Positions 47,237 through 60,984 are shown, counted from the first letter of the stretch. The stretch: 64,000 bases of DNA from Tubiluchus corallicola (GCA_030141605.1 JAQGDQ010000067.1:248001-312000); one strand, 5' to 3'. Notes: generated by a model not told the origin, from the letters alone. A program made the numbers and translations.

Positions 47237-50200
47237 TCCGAGGCTAGTGTGATCAACAACTGCTGTGCACCAAATGTTGGAGTCGGACATAGTTATTAAA
47301 GACTGCTTCATTATGATTTTGCTTGAAAACAAGAAGTTGGATTTTTTTGCACATTATTATTTGGTTCATTATTTAAAAAATTATTTGATGATTATACATT
47401 ACGACACTAAATAGTGCCATAATGTGTAACCATAAATTTTATTTTTTATTTTTTGTAAATCAATATTGGAAAACGATCTCCTATCATATTCAAGTTAGCC
47501 TAATTAGCCTATCACCACTGTGATAATTAAGAATAACAAAGATACGAGTCAGTGAGACGCCTAACATGGAACTACTAATTACTGACTACAACACTGCTGT
47601 ATACGCAACTGGTTGACTTGCCATAATGTTAATTTTATAGCATTTGGCAGGTACATATAAAAGGTTCATCCATTTATAATAGGTGGTATTAATCAACCCA
47701 ATCTAAAAACAATTTTGCCGTGGAAAGGCTTTTATGCTTTAACAGCGTTTTTCAATTTACCCATATGCGTCTACGTATATGCGGGTGATTCATAAAATGT
47801 AAAAAGCGCGTTTATTGATTGGTTAATAATTATACCGTGCAGGCTGGCAAACGCCTATTTACTATTTTTACAATTAAAGAAAAACAATTAATTGCCATTG
47901 TAAGCAACATGGTTCAATGGTTTTGTAAGCTCCACGAAACGCACAGGAAACGCAAGGTAGAAGATTATACACGACCTCCAACGAGGCTGTAATTATCGTA
48001 TAGAATCGTTTAAAATCGAATACAACGTTGGTAAAAAGGTAACTGGAAAGGCATCATTCATCAAGTACATGTTAGGCGAAGCACTAATAATCACTTATCA
48101 AGGTTTCTGCATCACTATAATATACATACCACCAAACCGAGAAATTGCTAATAAATTTTCAATCAAAAATCAATACACTTTGCAAATAAAATTCATCTGT
48201 TTGTACTTCAAAACGCTCTTAAAAAGCAGATTTGGACAAAGGTACCGAAATGGCACAGATGAATTTGGCGAAATATGCATTGTGTTACATATTGCTGGTT
48301 TAGCATGATTGCTGCATACAGCATACAGCTTATTACTACTAGCCTGCTATTCCTCAGCATCCAGAACAGTGGGAACACAGAACAAAGATCACATTTGTCC
48401 AGCATTTCAAGGGCATACGAGTTCATTATGGCCATTTGCCACCTGTCTAACGGGCTAGCGGTGATAATACGTGTACCAGACGTTACAGGTGAGATGACAG
48501 CTTTATAGTTAGTAAAAATTTAATTACTAGTCCAAATGGCAAAATATTTTTTACAATTGCACAAAACTATGGCGTCATTACTGTTTACTGTACGTTTCTT
48601 ACTTAACACACAGTATTAATGTTGCTCTTGGCTTATGTCAGTTGTAGGAAAGGTGAACTTGTAATTTGTCAGTTTGTAAGCTACTCACCAGGGACCATTG
48701 AATTCAGGTACTGCACTTATTGTCTGTCAGGCAAAAGCCATTTTTTGGCTGAACCTTGCACTTTCCGTGTAAGTTTTTTCTCAGCAGTTTTCTCATTTTC
48801 AGATTCTGGACAGAAAGAGTAACAATGGAAAAGCATGTCCTGTGATATACCAAAACTATTATGATTAGGCAAGTGAAACTGACACTGACATAGAATTAAA
48901 TTGGTAGCTAGTTTTTGACATGGGAATTCAAAAATTGGGTTACAATACGTACATAATGCATTATATGGGTTCAGTAATTATTAGTTTGTAATATCGTAAT
49001 GTACATTGCTGTATTAAGTTGAAACGTGCTGTTTTGTAAAATTGTAACTGGTGTAGTTTGGAAAACAGCTACAAATTTAGACATTCTTTTATAGAGTTTG
49101 AGCAAACCATAATAATTCCAACTATACAATTTTAACTAATCTTAGCTAGGTGCCTTATGACATACTCTATGAATCTAGTTGCCAACATAGTAAGCAAAAG
49201 TCGCATCATAGCATAACGGTAGGTTATTTAATGAAACTTGTTTTCATTATGATGACGCTTGTATGACTGTTGAAAGGGAAGAAAAGAGAAAGAGATAAAC
49301 ACTGAGTCATTACGTTTGTTGCGAAGAAGATTCTTAGTAGAACATTTCAGCTATGAGGGACAATGACAGGTAGGCCTATATTTTAGGGCACATAAGAGAT
49401 AGAAGCCAAAGTTAAAATAGTCGCAGATATTATAGACAAGCAAGAACTATGGAAAAAACTGAGAGTTGTATAAATCTTCTATTGCCTCGAAAACATCCTC
49501 AGCATAGTTAATGTTATAAACGGGAAGCTTGTACTGTTATATTAAGTGTAGTCAATTCGGTAACATGGTTATTCCAGTACAACAGTATTCTGAAAACAAG
49601 TGGTCACAAGGGTCAAGACAATCTCAATGAATGCACATGGCATTGATGAAGAAGTCCATTAGAAGTGAGACTGAGCAAAACACGTAATATTGATTTAACT
49701 TATTTAAGAGTTAAAGGACTTCAACAATAACACAGGCATCAGTGAAGTTTTGTCTTATGAATTATCTCCAATTCCAACATCAATGGTAAGCTGGAAATAA
49801 CTGGCCAATGGCTAGGCAGCCTTAGCAGAAGAAATAAATTTCACAACTGAATTTAAAAAGTCAGGCCGAAAAGAACCCACGCAAAAAGTTCATTGGGTCA
49901 CAAAACTAGCCAGTAATGAACATTATTTTTTCAGATGACACAGACTGGTTATACTGTTTCGCTTTATCACTTTTCGCATCATAATTTGCCGACGCCAATG
50001 GTCGTGGAATTGATAAGTGACAATGGTTAAACAGTGAAGAATCATCAATGCGCCATTCAAGAGATGATGGAAGGTTATGTACTTACTCAGTATAGGAAAG
50101 AGAACCACACGAAATGTACTACGGCATTCCCGAATTGGGCAATATTAAACATATCTAACGGAATTCAAGCCACTAAATTCATAAGGGCATGCTGTGGAAA

Positions 50201-50606
50201 AGCCTACTCAAAATGTACGCAGTACCATGTCTGTAACTAGGATAGTTGTATGGCACAGTAAAGTGCGTTGAACAGGTGTTACTATTATCACTAGATGGAA
50301 TTTTAACCATGATCAGATGCTCTTGTTTTGGTACAAAGCTGTGCACTTCGTCATCAACAATGAAAGCATTTAGCGAAAATGAAATGACCGCACAGTCAAG
50401 CATACGCAAAGGAAAAAAAAGCTGTTGAGGTGACTCAACATTTTCTCTTGGTGGCACGAATTATATGGTTTTGAAAGATGCCACACCAAATTTATTATAG
50501 CTAGTAACCGTGCCCTCCTGTGGTAAACTCATAACCAAATGCAATTTTAAGGATGATCACAGCTCTTATTCTGGAGGAAAGGCATGCGAATGTTTTAAGT
50601 TATTAC

Positions 50607-50629
50607 AATATAATAATAATAATAACAAC

Positions 50630-50707
<78 letters not shown>

Positions 50708-50712
50708 AATGA
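50607..50712 (+). repeat. (AAT)n/(AAC)n compound microsatellite
   Basis: Direct observation. Confidence 0.95.
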
Positions 50713-50751
50713 TAACTAGCCAAACCCCACAAAAAGAATTTTGTGCACAAA

Positions 50752-51310
50752 TCAACACACAACCCACACCACACCACTCCACCTCATCACACCACACTGC
50801 ACCACACCATACCACTCCACCTCATCGCACCACACAATACCACCACACCGCACCGCACCATACCACCTACACACCACACCACCCACACCATACCACTCCA
50901 CCACATCACACCACACCATACCACTGCACCACCCACACACCACACCACACCACCCATGCCATAAAACTCCACCACATCACACCGCACAGCACCACACCAT
51001 AACACCACACTGCACCACACCACCCACCCACCTACACACCACACCACTCCACCACATCACACCACACCATACCACTGCAGCACACCGCACCACCCACACA
51101 CCACACCACACCACCCACACCATAATACTCCACCACATCACAGCGCACTGCACCACAACACCCACCCACCCACACACCATGCCACCCACTCCATACCACA
51201 CTACCCACACCACACACCACACCCCACACACCCTATCACCCCACCACACCATCCATAGCACAACACACAAAGCACACCACCACCACACCACATCAAATCC
51301 ACCACCTCAC
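50752..51310 (+). repeat. Degenerate (CACCA)n pentamer satellite
   Basis: About 560 bp of CACCA/CACAC variants. It accounts for the H/T/P and V/W/C/G ORFs in the track. Confidence 0.92.
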
Positions 51311-51452
51311 GTGGTGATCATGATGTTGATGATGATGATGATGGTGGCAACGATGACGACACCTATAGCACAAGCACCAACAGCACAGCATTACAACAAA
51401 ACCATTCCAAACATTTTTCACAAAGTTGAAACTATGTGCTATAATATAATAA

Positions 51453-52253
51453 ATAGCAAAGGCCCCGCAAAATATTTTGCGTAAAAAACCACGTGTAATC
51501 AATAACACGCGAACATCCTACCTAGTCCTCATTTATTACACAAAACATCATGCCTACTGTTTGTTTAACTAACGCAAAGCCTGTAGCTTTTTGCTGAATT
51601 AGTTAAAAGCAGAGTAGAGTACAATGGATGACGTCACAACAATGGCATTGCGTCAGCAGTTTTCTAAGCGAAATTGGCAAAAATGGAACCTCTAATTAAC
51701 TCGTCGGTACTTCTCTCGGTGGACCTGCCCTAACATATAGCCCACATCATCGTGTAGCTCTGTCCTTCCTCTTTGTAAAGAGCCCCATATCTCCTTCCTA
51801 GAGTCCCACCGGGCGACGCTAGAACGTTTTTCCCGCAGGCCGTTTGGTCAAAATTTCGAAAAAATCGCCAATCGGGTCCGGGAAAACGCCCGTTGCGGGG
51901 CGCCCTGGCCCTCTCGCGAATTCTAAATAGGCCTATGACACCCATCGCTGAACGGGCTATCTATCCATACCCAGCACTCCCCTCGGCCCATTCCCGTTCT
52001 CTATATCTCAGCCGTATAACTTTTGCAAAAAACGGCCGAAAAATGGCCATTTCTGGAGGTTTTTCGCCCCCCGTCCCTCCCGGTGGGCCCGATTCGAAAA
52101 ATAAACCATCAATGGCACGACACTAGATCGAGACCTTTCGTTTGATATATAGATCGCCGCAAATGGTGCCCTCGCCCGGGCTGTAGCCTCGAATCTTATA
52201 TATAAATATATATATATATATACATACCAAGAATATTAATATAAGAGTATAGA
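51453..52253 (-). mobile_element. Non-autonomous Helitron, about 800 bp
   Basis: Minus strand begins A|TCTATACT at 52253 and ends with perfect palindrome CGCAAAATATTTTGCG (51466-51481), 9 nt, then CTAT|T (CTRR-like). AT target, no TSD, GC/CpG-rich core. Confidence 0.7.
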
Positions 52254-52261
52254 TATAAATA

Positions 52262-52900
52262 AAATTCTTTATTGTTACAAAAATTACACATCATTGAACT
52301 ACACATTCAAAAATTAATAGTGTAATCAGTGTTCACAGTGCTGTGAGCAATAGTGTTATACAATAAAATGAATTTACAATTAAAAACACAAGTGAGGCTG
52401 TAATTAATTATATAAGTACATAAAACTTTACAATTCATTTCACACAGTTCAGAAGATTTAACACAATTACAATATTTACAAATTGAAATTGGGTGCTTCA
52501 CTGATGTTTTGTGTTGGTGACTTGAGTTTTTTGTGTGTAGTGGGTTTTAATTTGTTGATATGATGAAAATGCACGACAGGTTCTGATCTGCCACTGACTA
52601 CAGACCACTGGGTAAACGTTGATAGCGCATAAGGTGTGATGTGTCTTTTCATATTCGTTTTTAAGGGTAGTACAGTATTTTTCAGTTCATTTTAGAATTT
52701 TTTTAGAGTTACTGCAGATTTTACATTAAGTGGGCATGCATCCCATGTATTTAATGCCGCTCTGCAGACAGAATTGTGTCCATGTTTATTATTTGTGTTT
52801 ATCTGTTTTATGCTGTGTGTCCTTTGGTTTAACGTTTTTTCGATAGCAAATGGAAGCTGATTGGCACTGAAAGCTGGCATCAATCGTTTAAATAATTATA
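52262..52900 (-). mobile_element. LINE 3' end fragment (CR1/L2-group)
   Basis: ORF 52692..52883 HGHNSVCRAALNTWDACPLNVKSAVTLKKF resembles the YGxxS...WNxLP...FK terminus, with minus AATAAA at about 52268. Confidence 0.5.
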
Positions 52901-55508
52901 AAGAAAAATTAGTGAATGGAATTGGAAACTCGATTCTACAGTAGGTATTTTTAGGTTTTCCCTGTTCGCTGTGGCTGAATATTTTGGTCTTGTTGTGAAA
53001 CCAAAGAACCAAGTAATTTTGGGCCACCTCTAGTCTGTTTAAAGAAGTTTTAGATGTACATTTGAAAGTAGGTAATTATGCAATATTGTGCATAATAATA
53101 AGCACTGCACAATAATTAGTTTGCATTCATGTTCCATGCATGTGAAGGCTCTAAGTAATAACGAACAAATAAATCTGTGAACCTGACAAAGCTAAAACGA
53201 CTGTATGAAAGCAGAAACTTAGTTGTGGGAGTAATGATATGATCTGGATAAAGAACCTACATGTATTAAGTAATAATCTGAATCAGTGATAAAATCTTAA
53301 GGTTAGTGGATTAAGAAAGGACTAACACATAAACCATTGAAGAAGAAAACGACTACGTCCTAATGTGATTCTCCAACACAATTTTCAACTGAATACATAA
53401 AACACAATCATTTTTTTATTTGTCCTCTAATGTCCTCCAAGTTAGAAATATTAAATTTAGTTTACTTGGTGTTTTCATTTGCGTGATCATGGCAGTTTTG
53501 GTTTGTTATGGTACGTACTTCTCTAGTGTAACACTTTTGGTCTATTATCTCAAATTGCTCAGGGTGGCACGGGGCCACCCTTAATATTATTAAAGAAGAC
53601 CATCACACCATGAGAAAACCACTGAGAAAAAAGCTAACATGGAAAATGCAAGGTTCAGCCCACCAGCTGCCGGACTATTACGAGAGTTTCGAGTGGATTG
53701 GGAGCGCAGAAATATTTGTCTCTAATTCATATTAGGACAGGATTCATTAAAAAATTATCTCAGCCGCACGCATAACTTTACGACACCCCGCAAGCTGTGG
53801 CAACTGGTTGAATAGTGTTGTTGTAATTGTGTCTCAAAATCATATTGGTCTATATTTTCGAAATACTGCAAATACAGAAGCTACGAAAAGTTACTAATCA
53901 TCTTCTCTTCTCTTTTTCTCTTCTGTTCTGTTCTCTTCTCTTCTCTTAATATTATTCATGTATCTATTTCACTTTTTAGATATATGTCAGCACCTGGGAC
54001 TGAGACATATAATGTAAGCTGTTATTACATTTAAAGAAATGCAAAACACCTTTGGCCTTTTGGCTTATTTAAAACACAGAATACATTTGAGATTCAAACT
54101 TATATGAAAAGCTTATTTCGTATAGAACAAAATAGTTACGTACAACACATTACATAAATTCGCGTTTTGTTGAAAACCAAATAATTCATTGAATAAGTAA
54201 TACAACCAGTAATCTGCCTGCCTTGCTACTGTCCTTTAACCAGGTCAATATTTTCTTAGACGTTTTTATCAAGTATTCAAGTTCAGACACTAAGTTTCGG
54301 CGCAAAAGATGCAGAGTGGGACAACGCACTCTCGCTTTGCTAGTCTAATCTGCATTGTATGCAGTCAACAGATCTGCAACGATTGCTGTTATTGCAAGGC
54401 ATTCAAGCAGCCCATACAATGACACAATATCACATCCGTTAGCGGAAATTGTTCAAAACAGCGATTTGGTCGTCAGTCATGACCGCTTCCTTTCACAAAC
54501 TAGTGCAACACAACTAAATTCATCGAATCATCTCGCTCAAAATAATTTCAGCTGTGTCCTGCTTGATGAAATAGCCTAATCATTGTTACTGTATAAGGTT
54601 CCTACTATAGAACGCATTACTTAAAGAAACTTGAATAAAGAAAAATAACGCATATCTTTCTATGAACCTGTTTACAATAAAAAAATACACCTAAATTTCA
54701 GACTAATCCAAAAATGAGAAAGCTCTAAGGAAACAACATTCTGGTAAAACAGTTTCCAGCTTATTAACGTTTTGTCGCCTCTGTAGACTTCGTTCAGTTC
54801 GCCTGTCGTTCATGTGGTGTCATCGTGTATAATACAAAACATACATTTACTCATTGCAAAGTAAAAAATGTGAGGTAAATCGCACAGGACAAAAGGTATA
54901 AATGCAAAAACAGAAAAAAATGGCACACTTATAAAATATGAGTTTAGGATTAGGGTTGCTGTAGGGGATAATTATTTTTATCTCTGTCAAGGAAGAAAAA
55001 CGATTCATTTTGTAGCATACTCTTTGACAAGGGAAACAGGTGACAACTGACAAAATGGGAGTTTTTTCCTGCGTTCTTTTTTCACAAGACTACAAGACTA
55101 GAGCAAACATCACCTAAAAAGTATTCGTGAGGCACTTTGTGGGTGTCTCAGTTAAAGTGTCATAGCTCTTTGGAAAAAAGAGTTGACTACAAGATAGCTG
55201 ATTCTTTTTTATTATCTCCACCAGGACAAACAACTATGAGTTACTTCCAGTTCCCTTTCGAGAAATTCTCATTTGGAAAACTCTGTAAGGCTGTCTATAA
55301 TTGTTGATTATACCCATACACAGCCTTATAAGCTGATTCCGTATGTAAATATGTACATTTGCCAGCTTATTAAACCATCAACAAAATTAATAGTTAACGA
55401 AATTTAGAAAAAACATTATGTGAAATGTTCGTGCATTATTGATTACATAATAAGAATAATAAAATTATTCTTTATTGCTTTAAAATTGTACATTAAGAGT
55501 GGTAAACT

Positions 55509-55647
55509 AATCCAATGTAATATTGAAAGTTGATCGGCCTTCCCACCAAGCAATTCAGCACAGATAAACATGAAACAGGATTAATAACTTATGTGATAGT
55601 AAAGCCATTCACAAATCATTGCCAGTAAACATTCGTGGTATGCTATA
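55509..55647 (+). repeat. 139-bp direct repeat, copy 1
   Basis: Matches 58944-59082 with about 3 mismatches. Confidence 0.92.
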
Positions 55648-56729
55648 GTATAATACATTTTAAAAATACACAATATTTCTAAAATTACAATTATGTTTAA
55701 TGAATAAAATATTTTGAGTCTTCCCAGTCTCTATAATACTGATACAGGTATATTTTTGTACATTCGCTTGTTTATCTTTGTTTTATGATTTAAATTTCTT
55801 TCGGGTACTAATGAAAATCTTAATCATAATTTACTCTTAATTTAGCTTAATTAGTTTGCTTAAATGATAAGTACTAATTACTTGCCAACTATAGATTTAC
55901 GTTAATCACTCGATTTTGTATTCAGCCCCCCCGAAAATGCAAAATGTTAGATTCTTTCTAGTTTCCACTTGTGAATTCATCACTTGAACATTAATAAATT
56001 ACAGAACGTTCTTTGTAATATCTTTAATTATGATTTCTTTAACGGTGCGGAGTAAGTTTCATGCTAATTTTGGTGTGAGGAAATTTTGGTACCTAGAAGA
56101 CTTGCTACTAGGAAAATTTGATACTCGGAAATTTTGACACTGGGAAAATTTGGTACAAAAAAGATGGTGTTTAGAAGTAATCACAATTTTAAATTCAATA
56201 TTACAGAAAAATTAAAAAACGTGGGGATTTCTTCGCATCCAATGAGTAGACTAAAAATGTATTCAGTTTTGATTGGCTGACCTACTAAATGCATATAACG
56301 AAGCAAGTTTTACAGGCAATTCTAAATATGTATAACTTTAGATTAAAGGGCAAGTAACACTGGGAAAGTTTGATACTAGGAAAATATGTTTTTATCCTAC
56401 TCGAAAAAGTTATAGATGCTCCATTTGTTGCATTTTTTTCGGCTGTTGTTTGTTATTTGTTGTTGTTGTTGTTGTTTGTCTAATCCGTCTTGCTTTTTTT
56501 GTTGTGATTACTAACACCACCATCATCATCATTGTCATCATCATCATCAGCAGCAGTGGAGGCGGCGGCCGTGGTGTTGAGTAGTCGTATTGGTGTATGT
56601 CAACATCATAATCATCATCGCCATGACCACTGTTCCATTATTGCTGTTACTGATGTGCCAATAGAGACAGAAGGATGAAGATGACTATGGTGATAATGAT
56701 GATATTGACAGTGACAATGATTATGACAA

Positions 56730-57441
56730 CTGAGCTGGCATGTATTATAAGGCACTAAAACTGGAACTTCCACTTTACCTGTGACCTCAGGGTTAAGAGT
56801 CAACTAATGCAGACACAACCCGCTATTAGGCAAAAAATCCAAAATTGAGGGTCATGTAGACAAATGCTTTTCATTGTCCAGCAGGAACAGGTTGTAGTAT
56901 GTCAAATGAAAGGTATCAATGAGACTAATTGAGCAGTATAAGTCATATCTGCATTTATTGACCCTTGACCCCGAGGTCACAGTCAAAGTGGAAGTCCCAG
57001 ATTTAATGTCTTATAATACATCAAATGAAAGGTCTCGATGAGACGAATTGAATGGTATGACCTAAGCCTAGACTAGTCAACCACTGACCCTAATAGAGAA
57101 CAATAAGTGAAATTGTCTGGCAGTAATGCAAATGCTTCATATGTCGAGCAACAGTATGTTGTAGTACATCAAATGCAAGGTCTTGATGAGATAAATTGAA
57201 CGGTGTATCTTGACCCATATTTGGTTGAGACTTGAGCCACTGGTCACTGGTCAAAAAGTGACAAGCTCTGATTTCATTGAAACTGTTAATCGAGTCAGAC
57301 GCAACCGTACTTGTGTTGTTAATTATTTTGAAAACAATTTTCATTTGTAAATACAAAACAAAAGCTGTCACTTAAAGCATTTCCTGTCACAGAAGCAGAA
57401 TCTTAGCACGGTTTTTGACACAGTCAAAAACGTCGACTAGT
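56730..57441 (+). mobile_element. Helitron-type non-autonomous element, 3' part (same family as 2613-3731)
   Basis: Hairpin GTTTTTGAC-ACA-GTCAAAAAC (57411-57431), then CTAG|T at 57437-57441. Internal TCAAATGAAAGGT units. The 5' boundary is uncertain. Confidence 0.65.
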
Positions 57442-57832
57442 CTAAATTTATTTAGCACGGAACCCTAGTTCATGGTCATGTTGTTGTTATTGGGGTTGTT
57501 GATGAAACTGTTGTCACATTTATCTTTAAAAGCTATCGTAGGCCACACTTTTTATCGTAGTAGGCGGAAATTTTGCGTAAAGACGCTACGGAGCATTGAT
57601 TTGACAGGAACAGAGCCCCAAATTTTCACTTTCCTAAAAATGAACTTTCAGAGAGACACCCTCTAGTCTGAACAAGGCGTTAGAGAACACTTGCTGGTTA
57701 GATAAATATTATGTAATTTCAACATGTCAACAATTGACGTTACAGTTATTTTGTGGTGCAAAGATACACGAATGGTATTCATGGTCTTATTCCACGTAGC
57801 TTATAGGCTTAAACATAGGCCGGATAGCAGCG

Positions 57833-57911
57833 AGATTCCGTGGTTTAGTGGAAAATGCGTTTTCTGCTCCGAAAATTTCTGGAGACCCGGCTTCGAATCT
57901 CGATCGGGGCA
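57833..57911 (+). mobile_element. tRNA-like SINE head or tRNA pseudogene
   Basis: A-box TGGTTTAGTGG (57841) and B-box-like GGCTTCGAATCTC (57889). No clean cloverleaf. Confidence 0.45.
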
Positions 57912-58943
57912 ATTTTCAGGTGTACCCCAAAACAAACTACCGATAAAAACCGTAATAGTATCTTACAGTGCTGGTATATATACGCTACTCTTATCAGGGT
58001 AGTTAAGCTAAAACACACATGTTTTCTCTGTTCTTAGCAACGTGTCAGGGCACTGCGTGCTTGTTTCCTCAGCCCCACTATATCGGTGTCCCTGGCGCCA
58101 CGACCTCAACACCAGCAAGTTGACAGCATTTGTCACCTTCAGCACAGCAGTGACGAGAGAGGTTTCGTTTGCTTAGTATTTCATGGGTATGTATTCTTAA
58201 CGTTGCCACACAAGCTCAACTAGATGAAGCCACGTGAGCCTATTGAAACCCTAGCTGTTTTTAGCGACGACTGTCACTAGTGGGTACGACATTGATTATG
58301 TGCCCTATTCACTTGTGTTATTCCTGCACAAGCCTACAAGGTCTAGCTCTCAAAGTCTCACAACAGTGAGAAATTGTAACAATCAATCACAACTCATAAT
58401 TCAAAAAAATACAAAAGACAAAGACAGCATTTATTTACCTTCGCTCACTTAACAAAAAATTGTTGTCATTGTTATTATTACGATTACTAAGAATAATATA
58501 ATCCGAGGCGTCACAATATATACTTATCGCCTGAAGTTAAGTAATGACAAACGTATCCATATACCAGAAAGTGACCATTGGGAAATTTCCCTGAGGGTGT
58601 CTTTATCTGCTGTATCATAGTATCTAATCACATCAGAATCTACGTAAGTCAGCATCTTAGAGGATTAGCCTTGATATTGAGGCAGCAAGATTCCGGTTGT
58701 GCTACAATTATTGACAGTGCTTATACAGTGCTACAATTATTGACAGTGCCGTTCAACGGCTGATTGGTGCTTTGCAGCTCCTGTATAAAAACAGTACACT
58801 CCTTCAGTTCATGAAGACTGTCTGAAAAGATTTTCTGTCACTTATCTGTATCAATTGTTTTGCCACTGTTTATTATTTACGTATATATATATGTTAAAGA
58901 CGGAATAAATGTCTACGAACATTTTTAAGTAATCAATCTGTCC

Positions 58944-59082
58944 AATCCAATGTAAAATTAAAAGTTGATCGGCCTTCCCACCACGCAATTCAGCACAGAT
59001 AAACATGAAACAGGATTAATAACTTATGTGATAGTAAAGCCATTCACAAATCATTGCCAGTAAACATTCGTGGTATGCTATA
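58944..59082 (+). repeat. 139-bp direct repeat, copy 2
   Basis: Matches 55509-55647. Confidence 0.92.
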
Positions 59083-60602
59083 ATACAAATTGCAATTAAG
59101 AGGTTTTATGTTTTAGATTTTCTGATTAGCAAATCACATATAATTGCACTAGAAAGCCATTTTTATTACATTATATAAGTATTCATGCTAACACCCAAAC
59201 CTGTTCAATGTTCAAACAATGACAGTTGATAAAATATTTAGCCTTAACCCAATTACCATTGGTTTGTTTTACACGCTTAATAATGCAATTCAGAAAATTT
59301 GAGACGGTAATTAGACTTGGTTATAGTTGCGCAAATAGTAGGCTTAGGCTACAAAACCGACCATTCAATACGCTGTTGCTGCTTTATAATTAAGAGAGAC
59401 TGAGAATAACGCGAACTTCAGACAATGACGCGCTCTTGAAGATAGATATCTTCAACTACTGTGCACAGCAATATTTTTACTATGTGTGACTATCAAAATT
59501 CATTTTTTATTTTTTTTAAAAATTCAAAATACTATGGACAATTTAATACCGCATTGAAAGTAATTATTGCGTATAGCTACATTGATGATAAATGAGCTTT
59601 CTTAGACCGACAAGTATAAGACAAAAACATTATTTCTTTTTTCAACTGTTGAATCTTTACAGGTTTGCCCTATAATATCATCAATATTAATGAAAGATTG
59701 TTTTAATAAACATTTTTAAGCAAATTAACACTAGTGAGAACTATAAACCTATAAAAATATTTTATGGATATATTTATAGTGAAGGACCACTTGTAATTTC
59801 ATTTTTAAGTTTCATAAACAACAAACCACCAATTTTGTGGTTCATAATTAACTGAAAGGGTCATAAAACTGATAATTATAACCAAGTGGAAATGCAGCAA
59901 GTCAGCAACTTAGCTTAATCGTCACGAAGTTAATGTGAAGCACATCAGGTGACAAGAAATGACCCGGGTTTCCTCTATTAAACAATAAAAGTCTATTTAA
60001 AGTTTTGATGCATAAAAGTTAGCACAATAATAAATTCAGCCGAAAGGCCTATCACAAGCAGAGCAGCAGAACAATAAAAACACTGACCTGTAATAATTTG
60101 ATGAAGCAACTTTCAAACAGTTTATGTAGAAAGGAAATGAAGCATGCTTCCTCTGTCAGGTTTGCTCCACATCTCTTGAAATTCTGCTATAAATGCTGAC
60201 AACAATACAGCTGATAAAATTACGTTACAAATTAACAGTAACAACAAAATGCAATGATCGCTTGCTTTTTTTAATTTTTACTATCGGTTCCACTTATTCA
60301 GTGAGATCAATCACCTGCTGAGAAAATTGTTTTATGAAATATGCAAGTAACCGATGATTTCTTATCCACATGAACCACTTGTATCAAACCAAACACACAA
60401 AGCAACCAATGAATTAACCGTCTCGACCGTCTGCAAAACAAGAGTGACCAGCACAATATTCGAATCGTGGTGGGGGACGTGAACCGTATGATCAGCTGCT
60501 TCTGCGTACGCGAAACGACGAGAACCGAAAGGGATGCCGACTGTCTGCAATACCTGCCACCAGCGGATAACAAAAATTTGGTTAACTTCGTTCAGGACCG
60601 TG

Positions 60603-60984
60603 TTCTAGGTCACTTAGGCAGTAGACACTTGGGTAGTAGGACATTTTGGCAGTAGGACTTTTGGCCACTGAACCCTTGGACAGTGTAGACATTTAGGCAG
60701 TGAACAGTCGGGCGGTGAATACTTAGGCAGTGGACATTTGAGCAATGGATTTGGGCAATAGATATCTGAGCAGTGAAAAGGTGGGCAGTTTACACTAGGC
60801 AGCGGGCAGCAAAACTTGGGCAGTGATTCTTTAAGTATACCTACCTACTTACCTACTTGTCTATCTACCTACCTACTTTTTAGCCAAGTATCCACTGCCC
60901 AAGTGTCCATCTACCTACGTGTCCGCTGTCAAAGTGCCACTGCCAATGCAAGTGTCTGTAATTGAGCCATGTGACCGTAATTGG
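60603..60984. mobile_element. MITE with GACACTTGGGCAGT arrays and 9-10 bp flanking direct repeat (Mutator-like TSD)
   Basis: CAGGACCGTG at 60593-60602 and 60985-60994. GGTCAC/GTGACC near the ends, inverted ACTGCCCAAGTGTCC units on the right and a central (CCTA)n. Confidence 0.7.

Noticed and set aside
50553-51508. Long His/Thr/Pro-rich and Val/Trp/Cys/Gly-rich ORFs (up to 247 aa)
   Set aside because: These are translations of a CACCA satellite that is open in most frames, with no splice or domain support.
57833-57911. Functional tRNA gene
   Set aside because: A and B boxes are present, but the acceptor and anticodon stems do not pair convincingly. A SINE head or pseudogene is more likely.
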